Shown here in pieces: positions 11,259 through 21,858 of a DNA stretch of 34,891 bases. The notes beneath the pieces are model-generated. The model did not search any database. It worked only from the letters and a program-made list of their open reading frames with translations, and was not told where the DNA came from. Source of the DNA: Octopus bimaculoides (lineage: Eukaryota); assembly GCF_001194135.2 (NCBI RefSeq), contig NC_069001.1, positions 13,190,098 through 13,224,988 on the forward strand, in the 5' to 3' direction. The stretch's first letter is position 1. Every line of letters begins with the position of its first letter. The position numbers and the translations under genes are program-made.

Positions 11259-12659
11259 TTCAAAGATTGAACCCCTCATCCTCATCATCATTTCAACATC
11301 CACTTTGTCATGCTTTTGTTGGGCTGGAGGAAGGTTTATTGAAGCGGGTTTTCTCTGTGGCTTGATGCTCTTCCTGCCACCAACTCTCATCTGCTTCCAA
11401 GCAAAGCAATGTCTGCCCTATGGGCCAGACATGTTTCCACAAAATTTCGGAAATTAACGACACTGCTTGTATGGCAGTGACGCTCATTTACAGCTATCAT
11501 GCAATGTCAAGACAAGGAGACAAACATACGCACACATGCACAAACACACACACACATGCACGAGCACACACATGCATGCATGCACACATATAAATTTGAA
11601 ACCATTATGATTATTGAGTGAGAGAGCAGTGCATACCATCAAAGTGACACTGGGGTAAAATATACAAAGCCCAGTATACCCATCATGACTACCTGTCTGA
11701 TAAAGTTACACTAAGCACATGCTTCACAACCATATGTGTGCAACATAACGATCTCCTATCATGATAAACAGTGCATCACCTTTCAGGTGGAACCCAATTA
11801 GCAGTTTCTTTAGGTCAAGTAGCCCATCCCACTCAAAAGGTCTCTGAATAAAGTTTTTTTAAGGATGATGAATGAAACACCCATGTTTCCAGAGATTAAT
11901 TATTCAAACCCCAAAGAATTCCTCTCACATATATATACAATGGGTTTCTTTCAATTTTCATAAACCAATTCCACTCACAAGGCTATTTTTTTTAACCCTG
12001 GGGCTAAAATAGAAGACACCTGTCCAAGATGTTACACAGTAGGACTGAGCCTGAAACCATGTAGTTGGGAAGCAAACTTCTTAACCACAGCTACACCTGC
12101 ATCTATCACAGGCTAAATACTATGAAATAATTAGTCTAGTAATTAAGTGTTTACACCACATGTTATGTTTGTATTGTATCCAGGAGTAGCTTTCGTTCTC
12201 AACTACTTCATGCCAAGCAACTCAATGGGAAGGATTGCTTTTTACATAACCCCCATCTATTTACACACAAAGTCTGGAAGACATTTTCTCCCAAGACTAT
12301 TGCCTACTCCCTCTTCTGTTCTCCTTCAGTTATAAGGGCCCCTTTGGGACCTTAACCTTGTGAGTTACAAGGCAGTTCTCATTAGTGTTGGTAACATGAA
12401 ATTAAAAAAAAAAAAAAGAGGACCCAATACATTCTGAAAAGTGATTGGCAGTAGTAAGGACATTTGGCCATAAAAACTATGCCAAAGAATGCATTGGAGC
12501 CTGATGCAATTCCCTAACTTATCAGAACCTTCAAAACTGTGCAACCCATTCCAACATAGAAGCTGGGCATTAACAGATGAGGAAACAGGGGAGTCTGGAT
12601 TTAAGTTTTTCCTCTTCTCACCCAATAACTTTCTCCACTACACACTGGACTTGTGAAGA

Positions 12660-13045
12660 TTTATTGGGGCAAGCGAAAGCGAAACCGTCACTGGCACCTG
12701 TGCCCAGCATCGCCTTCCTGGCACTTGTGCCAGATGGCACGTGCAAAGACATTCGAGTGAGATTGTTGCCAGTGCCGCTGAACTGGCTCCTGTGCACGTG
12801 GCACGTAAAATACACCATTTTGAGCGTGGCCGTTGCCAGTACCACCTGACTGGCCTTCGTGCAGGTGACACGTAAAAGCACCTACTACTCTTGGAGTGGT
12901 TGGCATTAGGAAGGGCATACAGCTGTAGAAACTCTGCCAAATAAGATTGGAGCCTGGTGTAACCATCTGGTTCACCAGTCCTCAGTCAAATCGTCCAACC
13001 CATGCTAGCATGGAAAGCGGATGTTAAACGACGATGATGATGATG
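12660..13045 (+). mobile_element. RTE LINE 3' UTR fragment
   Basis: Same modules and (GAT)n tail as 8133-8402. Confidence 0.8.
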
Positions 13046-13289
13046 ACACTCAGATAACATCCTTCACACACACACACACACACACACACCTCACACTATC
13101 TCCCATTCACACCTACATGCAACATCTTCACACACACACACACACATGAATGTTCTATCTCCCCCTCCCCTACCCCATCACCTGCTGCTGCTAATGTAAT
13201 CCACACCTTAGCAACACTGTCAGTGTTTGCAGTGAAGTTAAATCCACCCATGTCAATTATGTAATGTAGACATGGCAGCTCTTACTGTC

Positions 13290-13690
13290 ATTTGATTACA
13301 ACAATGATGATGATGCTGATGGTGCACCACCATGGTGGCAATGATGATGATGAAAGTAGTAGTGGTGATGTTTATGATGATGGTGCACTACCATGGTAAC
13401 GATGGTGATGATAATGATGATGAAAGTAGTGCCGATGATGATGATGATGGCAGTGGTGGTGTGAGGATGATGTTAGAGTAAGGGGGACGGTAGCAGTGAG
13501 GATGATGAATGACAGTCCAGCTGCTGGATAGCCGATTGATCAGTGGTGGTCATGGTGAAGGTAACACTTGGTAAGGATGGCCACTATGATGATGATGATG
13601 ATGATGAGGAGGAGGAGGAGATAATGCTTGTGGTAGAGATAAAACACTAACCTCAATGCTTGTAATGAGGTTGATAACGACAATGATGAT
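13290..13690. repeat. (GAT/GGT)n low-complexity tract with an internal ~65-bp imperfect duplication
   Basis: gatggtgcac.accatggt...gatgatgaaagtagt occurs twice (~13318 and ~13378). Stop codons occur in the frames I checked. Confidence 0.7.
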
Positions 13691-13954
13691 TACAGCTATG
13701 ACAGTGACAACTACACACAAAAAACAAATTTGATGTATTTATAAAGAAACCATGTGTCTGTATTGTATGAACAAACACACACACACACATGGATATACAC
13801 ATGTGTATGATTGTACATGTACATCCCTGATGTACATGAACAAAAATAATCACACAAACAAACCAATCAAAAATAAGACAAGTGATACTTTGGAAATGTG
13901 ATCTAAATAAACAACACTGGGTTTATTAATGCCTGCATGTAAACCAATGACTGA

Positions 13955-13999
<45 letters not shown>

Positions 14000-14126
14000 T
14001 ACATACACATATATATATATATGGGAGAATATACAAATAACAGTGTATATATATATATATATACACACACACATTTTTTTCTCTCTCCATTTTTTCGTTC
14101 TCCCTCCATCTTTTTCTCTCTCATAC

Positions 14127-14163
14127 CTTTCTGTTGAAGAGTGTAGGCTCGAAACGTCAAAAG
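14127..14163 (+). ncRNA. Minimal hammerhead-like motif with variant core
   Basis: CTTT-CTGTTGA-A-GAGT-GTAG-GCTC-GAAA-CG-T-C-AAAAG. Stem III is the palindrome ACGT. The core carries A6U. Confidence 0.35.
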
Positions 14164-14863
14164 CTTTTCCATTCTTCCCGAGCATCAAACTAATACACTA
14201 ATACACCTGCTTGTTGTTCTCTCACCTGTCTTCGTCTTGTACTTTCCGTAAATTTGAACTTTATATATATATATACATACATGCATACATATATATATAT
14301 ATATATAATTATCTTGGGCACCTGTGTTTTACAGCAGCCTCAAGCCGACCAAAGCCTTGCGAGTGAATTTGGCAGACGGAAAGCGAAAGAAGCCCACCAC
14401 AAATAATATATATATATATTTTATCTTTTACTTGTTTCAGTCATTAGACTGTGGCCATGCTGGGACACAGTCTTGAGGAAGTTTCAGTTGAATGAATCAA
14501 CCACACTGCTTATTTCTTTTTTTTAAGCTTGGTATATATTCTATCAGTCAGTGTTTTTTTGCCGAATCACTAAGTTACAGGGATATAAACACACCAACAC
14601 TGGTTGACATGTGGTGGCAGGAGGAGGGGGCCACAAAGACATACACATACATACATATATATACATATATATATATATACCTGTTTTCTGCTTATTTTTC
14701 TTTTCCTATTATTTGGCTTGTATCCCACAATCCATTGTATTCTGAGTTTGGTGTCCGGTGTCACACTATACCGGATACAGGAGTGAATTGCAGAGCCCAC
14801 TAATTGAGCCTAATTTTGACTGAATGTTGTACTTTATGGTGCCTCCTATTTTGTGACTATATA

Positions 14864-15335
14864 TATATAGGAAGACATGAGACAAGGTTGTGAAGCATGA
14901 TCTTTGAAAGCTAGGCCTCATGGAGGCAATGACAACTGACAGAGACCTTTGGTGATATGCTATGCGTGAGAAGACTTGTCAAGTGAAATCATAGTCTTGG
15001 CCGATGCTGGTCCCACATAACTGGCCCCTGTGCCGGTGGCATGTAAAAAGCACCCTTGGAATGTTGGACCTCATGGAGGTGATGACAAGTGGTCAAGACC
15101 ATTGGTGATATGCCGTGCTTGAGAAGACTTGTGAAGCCAAGTGAAATCATAGTTGTGGCCAATGCCAGTGTCATGTAACTGGCACCCATTACTCTCTTGA
15201 AGTGGTTGGTGTTGGGACGTGTCAAATCAGATTGGAACCTGGTGCAACTCTCCAGCTTACCAGTTCCAGTCAAACCATCTAAGCCATGTCTGCATGGAAA
15301 GCAGATGCTAAATGATGATGATGATGATGATGATG
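14864..15335 (+). mobile_element. RTE LINE 3' end with an internal ~150-bp tandem duplication and (GAT)n tail
   Basis: RKT*DKVVKHDL*KLGLMEAMTTDRDLW*YAMREKTCQ at 14868-14984. The same segment is repeated from ~15061. Conserved tail ...catggaaagcagatgctaaatgatgatgat. Confidence 0.8.
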
Positions 15336-15337
15336 AG

Positions 15338-15368
<31 letters not shown>

Positions 15369-15576
15369 TAAATTCATTTAGGCAAATGCCTCTGAATTCA
15401 CTTGTAAAAAGCTCCTATGCTTCTTGTTGTCGGCTACCAACAGTTATATCTCCATAAAAATGTAGTAATAACAAAAATGATTTGTGGATGGAAACATGTC
15501 TCAAGGCATCAATAAAGTATAAACATTCACATACAAACACACACAACAACAACAACAACAGCAAGCTTCTTTCAGT

Positions 15577-15811
15577 TTCTAATTTCTTTATTGCCCACAA
15601 GGGGCTAAACATAAAGGGGACAAACAAAGACAGACAAAGGGATTAGGTCAATTAGATCGACCTCAGTGCGTAACTGGTACTTAATTTATCGACCCCGAAA
15701 GGGTGAAAGGCAAAGTCGACCTCGGCAGAATTTGAACTCAGAACGTAACGGTTGACGAAATACCGCTAAGCATTTCACCCGGCATGCTAACGTTTCTGCC
15801 AGCTCGCCGCC
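15577..15811 (-). mobile_element. SINE family B, full length (reverse)
   Basis: Reverse complement of 22224-22458. Confidence 0.85.
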
Positions 15812-16402
15812 TTTTTTCAGTTTTTATCTACCGAATCCACTCACAAGGTATTTGTCAGCCCAGAGCTATAGAGGAGGATACTTTCCCAAGGAACCATGCA
15901 GCGGGACTGAACTCTGGACCAAGCTTCTTTCAACACAACACCTGTGTCTATTCCAATTTACTATATAAATAAAATGACTGACTTGTTAATTGGTCATCAA
16001 AGCATCTAAATGTGCTATAAATATTTATTTGTGGTAAATGTTTCACAACTTTCTTTGTGCAGTTTAATTATATTCACATTATTCCTGTTGTGTAAAGAAT
16101 ACATGCATAGCTAAAGATGACTGAACAAGTCATTGTATACATTCTCCATGGAAGTATTTCAACTGAATGAACAGAATAACTCCATACTTATGTATGTGTA
16201 AGTGCATGTCTATATATATATATATTTATACATACAGTGAGGCCCTGCCTTTAGTCAAACAAATTGCCCCCAGGACTTATTCTTTGTAAGCCTAATATTT
16301 ATTCTATTGGTCTCTTATGCCAAACTGCTAAGTTTCAGGGATGTAAACATACCAACATCAGTAGGGAACAAACACAGACACACAAATACATACATATCAT
16401 CA

Positions 16403-16705
16403 TCATCATTGTTTAATGTCCACTTTCCATGCTAGCATGGGTTGGACGATTTGACTGAGGACTGGTGAAACCAGATGGCTACACCAGGCTCCAATCTGGT
16501 TTGGCAGAGTTTCTACAGCTGGATGCCCTTCCTAACGCCAACCACTCCAAGAGTGTTGTGGGTGCTTTTACGTGCCACCGGCATAAAGGCCAGTCGGGCG
16601 GTACTGGCAACGGCCATGCTCAAACGGTGTATTTTATGTGCCACTTGCACAGGAGCCAGTTCGGCGGCACTGGTAACAATCTCGCTCGAATGTCTTTACA
16701 CGTGC
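16403..16705 (-). mobile_element. RTE LINE 3' UTR fragment (reverse)
   Basis: Reverse complement of the same 3' UTR. The (ATC)n run at 16396-16409 is its tail. Confidence 0.8.
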
Positions 16706-17060
16706 CAGTTTTTATCTACCGAATCCACTCACAAGGTATTTGTCAGCCCAGAGCTATAGAGGAGGATACTTTCCCAAGGAACCATGCAGCGGGACTGAAC
16801 TCTGGACCAAGCTTCTTTCAACACNNNNNNNNNNNNNNNNNNNNNNNNNNNNNNNNNNNNNNNNNNNNNNNNNNNNNNNNNNNNNNNNNNNNNNNNNNNN
16901 NNNNNNNNNNNNNNNNNNNNNNNNNNNNNNNNNNNNNNNNNNNNNNNNNNNNNNNNNNNNNNNNNNNNNNNNNNNNNNNNNNNNNNNNNNNNNNNNNNNN
17001 NNNNNNNNNNNNNNNNNNNNNNNNNNNNNNNNNNNNNNNNNNNNNNNNNNNNNNNNNNCC

Positions 17061-17236
17061 CTTTTGACATGCCTTTTCAATTCCCCAATTGCAAGGCAAA
17101 CCTTTTCACAGTTGGCACATCTGTTGTGAACAAAAGCCATATCACAATTTGCAATGGGTTGATTCCTGTGATTTCTCCGATTTCCTCCCACAAATCTCAC
17201 ACAAAAAGCAACACTCATTTTCTACAGGTTCATACG
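17061..17236 (-). pseudogene. Frameshifted double C2H2-like zinc-finger relic (LINE C-terminus or ZNF pseudogene)
   Basis: FLCEICGRK in one frame and NRCANCEKVCLAIGELKRHVK in another. The downstream part is lost in the gap. Confidence 0.45.
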
Positions 17237-17300
17237 TATGTGTATGTATGTATATATGTGTGTGTGTATACATGTGTATGTGTATATATACGTGTGTGTG

Positions 17301-17340
<40 letters not shown>

Positions 17341-18057
17341 CAAGAGTGTGTGAGAGAGAGAGAGAGGCTTCTTTTAGTTTCCATCTGCCAAATCAACTCA
17401 CAAGGCTTTGGTCAGTTGGCCTGGAGCTACAGCAGAAAACATTTACCCAAAGTATGGTGCCACACAGTGGGACTGAACCTGACACCACATATTTTGCAAG
17501 CAAGCTTCTTAACTACACAACCACATCTGCATCAGACTGTACAGTACTGTTTCCCAATCTATTTTCCCCCAGGCTCCACTATAACTTTACAGAAAAATGT
17601 ATGCCCCACCAGTGGTTGGGGCATTGCATTATTTTTAATGCAATGCTATCACCACTGGCCAGTTTCAACTTGCCATTTGTCTAAGGAAGAAATTTTCTCC
17701 ATGACAAAACACAATGAATGGTTTGTTTATAAGTCCCAAAGTGCTACTGGCATATTCAAACTGGTAAATAACATTACATTTATACACATCACTGCTTAGT
17801 GCTCCCACCTTGTAATTTATTTTTAATATCTTATCACAATTACTTAATACAAAAAATTCTACTGGTAACTCTTTCATTAAGAACTGAATACAAAATAAAG
17901 ACACATTACTGATTAAGAAAAAGAAGTAAACAATTTAATCTTTTAGCATTCAGATTATTCTGCCAAATGCAAAGCTTATTTACTTAAATCGGTTTGTATT
18001 AATCATACTTTGTCTCATAACTTTGAAATTTTTAATGATGTGATTATATATTTTTAA

Positions 18058-18278
18058 CCCTTTAGTATTCAAACAGGCCATATCTGGCCCAAATGTTTGA
18101 TCTGTTTTTCTGTTCAAACTGGTCCAACCTGGCCTCTCACACCTACCCTACAATGTCACTTTAAACATAAACAATCACATTATCAAAATCTCAAAGCTAT
18201 GAGATAATTCATGATTAATTCAAATTAATGTGGATAAATAAGCAATACAGTTGATGGATTAATCTGAATGCTAAAGGG
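18058..18278 (+). mobile_element. TTAA-flanked MITE (family E), nested in an oppositely oriented copy of itself (17935-18388)
   Basis: TIRs CCCTTTAGTATTCA / TGAATGCTAAAGGG (13/14 match), flanked by TTAA and CTAA. CCC...GGG ends with TTAA are piggyBac-like. Confidence 0.85.
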
Positions 18279-18472
18279 CTAATATGACCTTGTTAAGTAG
18301 ATGTGAGAGGCCAAATCCAGCCCGTTTGAGCATAAAACAGGTGGAATATTTGGGCGGGAGATGGCCGGCTCAAATGCTGAAGGGTTAAATGAGAAACTTA
18401 TGCCTTGCAACTACAATTACCTTGATTCTAGGAGAGAGTTTTATTAGCTTCAGCATATATTGTAATTTTACA

Positions 18473-18705
18473 TCTTATTTCTTTATTGCCCACAAGGGGC
18501 TAAACATAGAGGGGACAAACAAGGACAGACAAAGGGATTAAGTCAACTACATCGACCCCAGTGCATAACTGGTACTTTATTTATCGACCCCGAAAGGATG
18601 AAAGGCAAAGTCAACCTCGGCGGAATTTGAACTCAGAATGTAGCGGCAGACGAAATACCGCTAAGCATTTCGTCCGGCACACTAACGATTCTGCCAGCTC
18701 GCCGC
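18473..18705 (-). mobile_element. SINE family B, full length (reverse)
   Basis: Reverse complement of 22224-22458. Confidence 0.85.
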
Positions 18706-18766
18706 TTTTGTAATTTTACATCTGCTATCCATACTAGGACATTAAAAAAGCAAACAGTCTTCCTAC

Positions 18767-18812
18767 AGTATGCTTGGCTGGAGGAATTGGTTTGGCTGGG
18801 CTGAGTATACAT
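18767..18812 (-). CDS. Candidate start-codon exon (whole exon 18824-18767): MYTQPSQTNSSSQAY plus 1 nt
   Basis: Strong acceptor ...gtcttttttcacAG| (exon starts 18824). ATG sits in a CAACATG context at 18812-18810. The donor T|GTAGGA is weak. The phase-1 end joins the TG of exon 8713 to make TTG (Leu). A phase match has a 1-in-3 chance of being coincidental. Confidence 0.45.
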
Positions 18813-19539
18813 GTTGTATGTTTGCTGTGAAAAAAGACTTTTACCGAAAGAAAAAAAAATGCGGATCCCATGGCCCATCACAATTTTCCCCTCCCCAACT
18901 ATGGTACATATGTCCCACATAGGGAATCACTGTTGTAGAGGATTAATAAGAATAAAATATAGTATTTTTTCATCTCATGTCTCCTTTCCATAAGTGGAGT
19001 CATGCACTTAATCCTAACCAATCTCATCCACTTTTGCCATTGGCTCCTATCTGTGACAAGGTCAACAGAACCATCGAATACAATAATCTTTACAAACTTA
19101 TAAGATCTATGTCACGAACAATGCTCCTCCAACACAATAAAGCTCCTTAGCCATTTAATTTGTCTTTTTATTAATCCAAAGACTTGCTCCAACATAATGA
19201 CCATTGCTCTTCTCAAACCTCGTTTTAAATGAATCAAAATTAATCTTTTTTTTTTTAATGTAAAATGGCTGTCAGCTAAAGAAGTTTGTATTCTTGCAAT
19301 TATCTGACCATTATTTTATTATTTTGAGGAACTGAACTCCAAGAATTAATCAAAGATTGTCAAAGAGACAATGCAACATCTTAGACTTATTATCTCTCTT
19401 CTGCTAATGTTTCTGGTATTGTTCTGGTCTTACAAAGGGAAGAACAGAACAATGTCAGTGGAATTGTGTCACTATACCATTTTTGTATTTTAGTGTCTTT
19501 GGTTCTATTACTGACTGAACAATGTGAAATTAGGCAGAG

Positions 19540-20000
19540 TGTGTGTGTGGGGGAATGTGATATCTCTGTAATGGAGATGTGACCCCCCACCCCCGGGGTG
19601 CAAGATGCGACTCCCCCCCCCCCGGGNNNNNNNNNNNNNNNNNNNNNNNNNNNNNNNNNNNNNNNNNNNNNNNNNNNNNNNNNNNNNNNNNNNNNNNNNN
19701 NNNNNNNNNNNNNNNNNNNNNNNNNNNNNNNNNNNNNNNNNNNNNNNNNNNNGGGATAGAAGATGTGATCTCTGGGCGAAGCGATGTGCACTTTGGGTTG
19801 AGAATATGATATTCTTGAATGAGAAATGCAATCTGGGGGGGGGGGGGCACATGAACCCAGGGTAGGAAATGCACTGAATCTGGGTGGAAGATACAGTCCA
19901 TCTCTGAAAGGGGAAATGCAACCTGTCTCTGGGTGGAAGATGCAACATGTGTTGGTGGGAGATGTAATCTTTGAGTTGCAGACATAATATTTGGATGGTA
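19540..20000. repeat. Degenerate G-rich minisatellite spanning a gap
   Basis: Recurrent tctctgggtggaagatgcaac-like units and G/C runs on both sides of the N gap at 19627-19752. Confidence 0.55.
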
Positions 20001-20384
20001 GACCTAAGGGGGAGATGGTGAGAAGTACAGTACTCAGGATGGAGGGAGGGAATTGCTTATTTTTAGAAGGGCATTGTAGGGTAGGTGTAAGAGGCTGGAT
20101 CTGGTTGGTTTGAGCATAAGACATATAGAATATCTGGGTTAGACCTGGCCAGTTTTAATGCTAATGGGTTAATGACAGTTATTTTACTAAATTCTTCATT
20201 ACTGTAAAAATAAACTGAAACAAAAGCAGTATATTCCAACAGAAATATAGTAACAAAAGGGTTAAAGGGATCTAAACTGAAACCTTCCATCAAATTCTTT
20301 ATTATTCTAAAAATTAACTGAAACAAAAGCAGTATATTCCAACAGAATTTCCTTTTAATTTATGTTCCCTACACCAGTTTAAGT

Positions 20385-20704
20385 GTGGAGGCGCAATGGC
20401 CCAGTGGTTAGGGCAGCGGACTCACGGTTGGAGGATCACGGTTTCGATTCCCAGACAGGGCGTTGTGTGTGTTTATTGAGCGAAAACACCTAAAGCTCCA
20501 CAAGGCTCCGGCAGGGGGTGGTGGTGACCCCTGTTGTACTCTTTTACCCCAACTTTCTCTCACTCTTCCTGTTTCTTGAGTAAAGCTGTGATGGAGTGGC
20601 GTCCCATCCAGCTGGTGGGGAACACATATGCCATAGAAACCGGGACACCGGGCCCATGACCCTGGTTAGGCTTTAAAAGGGCGCATAAAAAAAATAAAAT
20701 AAAA
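20385..20704 (+). mobile_element. Complete tRNA-derived SINE (V-domain-like) with a 14-bp target-site duplication
   Basis: A-box-like TGGCCCAGTGG, B-box-like GGTTTCGATTCC, GATGGAGTGGCGTCCCATCCAG (resembles the recalled V-SINE core) and an A-rich tail. ACACCAGTTTAAGT occurs at 20371-20384 and 20705-20718. Confidence 0.85.
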
Positions 20705-21322
20705 ACACCAGTTTAAGTAATACCAAAGTTATTTTGTTAAACTTTTCATTATTTTCAAAATTATGTGAAACATCAGCACTGAATTTCAACAGAAAGAAGG
20801 TAATAACTATGAAAGAAAAAAGGAAAAAAAAAAAAAAACGTGCATACTACATAATGTTGTTCTAAGTGTACTGTTGTCAGGCAAAAGATAAAATGCCTTT
20901 GATCAGAGGTCTACCCTATCAGGACTGACCTAGGGTTAAATAACAAGTGGACATATGACATTTGTAGATATAACCTATCTTGCTGATAGTGCTTCATAGC
21001 TGATAAATGATCTGTAATATAAACATAGTTAATTATCTAATGATTTATTTATTTATTTAATTATTTATGCATGTATGAATAGAGACACACATACAGACCC
21101 ATATATGGATGAATGTGTAGTGCAGTTAAGTAGCAGAGAGGGTACTTAAAACAACTTTCTTGATAAGAAATTACAAGCATAAAAGCATAGTGCAGTGTAA
21201 TCTATATTAATTTATACCTGTGTTGCCTAGCAAAGGAGAGGTACAGGGGTTTGGATTGCCTAGTGATAGATGCAAGGTTCAACTTCTAGCTTTAAACCTA
21301 CTGTTTCTGATATCTAACTATC

Positions 21323-21395
21323 GCCCGCATAGCTCAGTCGGTAGAGCATCAGACTTTTAATCTGAGGGTCGCAAGTTCATGTCCCTCTGCGGGCG
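21323..21395 (+). tRNA. trnK: tRNA-Lys(UUU) copy, probably a pseudogene (T-arm disrupted)
   Basis: 73 nt: GCCCGCATAGCTCAGTCGGTAGAGCATCAGACTTTTAATCTGAGGGTCGCAAGTTCATGTCCCTCTGCGGGCG. Acceptor stem 7/7 paired, D and anticodon arms intact, anticodon TTT at 21356-21358. T-stem GCAAG/CCCTC pairs only 2/5 and the T-loop is TTCATGT. A TTTT run follows shortly downstream. Confidence 0.9.
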
Positions 21396-21407
21396 TACAT
21401 TAATTTT

Positions 21408-21858
21408 ACTACACTCTCTGAGTGGTTGGCGTTAGGAAGGGCATCCAGCTGTAGAAACTCTGCCAAATCAGATTGGAGCCCGGTGTAGCCATCTAGTTTG
21501 CCAGTCCTCAGTCAAATNNNNNNNNNNTCTGCCAAATCAGATTGGAGCCCGGTGTAGCCATCTAGTTTGCCAGTCCTCAGTCAAATCGTCCAACCCATGC
21601 TAGCATGGAAAGCGGACGTTAAACGATGATGATGAACTAAAGCACCAACCGATTGTGGTCGTTGCCAGCCTCCTCTGGCCCCTGTGCCGGTGGAATGTAA
21701 AAAGCACCCACTACACTCTCGGAGTGGTTGGCGTTAGGAAGGGCATCCAGTTGTAGAAATACTGCCAGATCAGACTGGAGCTTGGTGCAGCCTTCCTGGC
21801 TTCTCAGACCCCAGTCAAACCATCCAATCCATGCCAGCATGGAAAACAGACGCTGAAC

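Noticed and set aside
18768-18830. Plus-strand reading CLAGGIGLAGLSIHVVCLL as a TM exon
   Set aside because: It ends in a stop after ~20 codons with no supporting exons; the minus-strand exon has stronger splice signals.
21459-21586. 59-bp direct repeat on either side of a 10-N gap
   Set aside because: This is a typical unmerged contig overlap (21459-21517 = 21528-21586), an assembly artefact.
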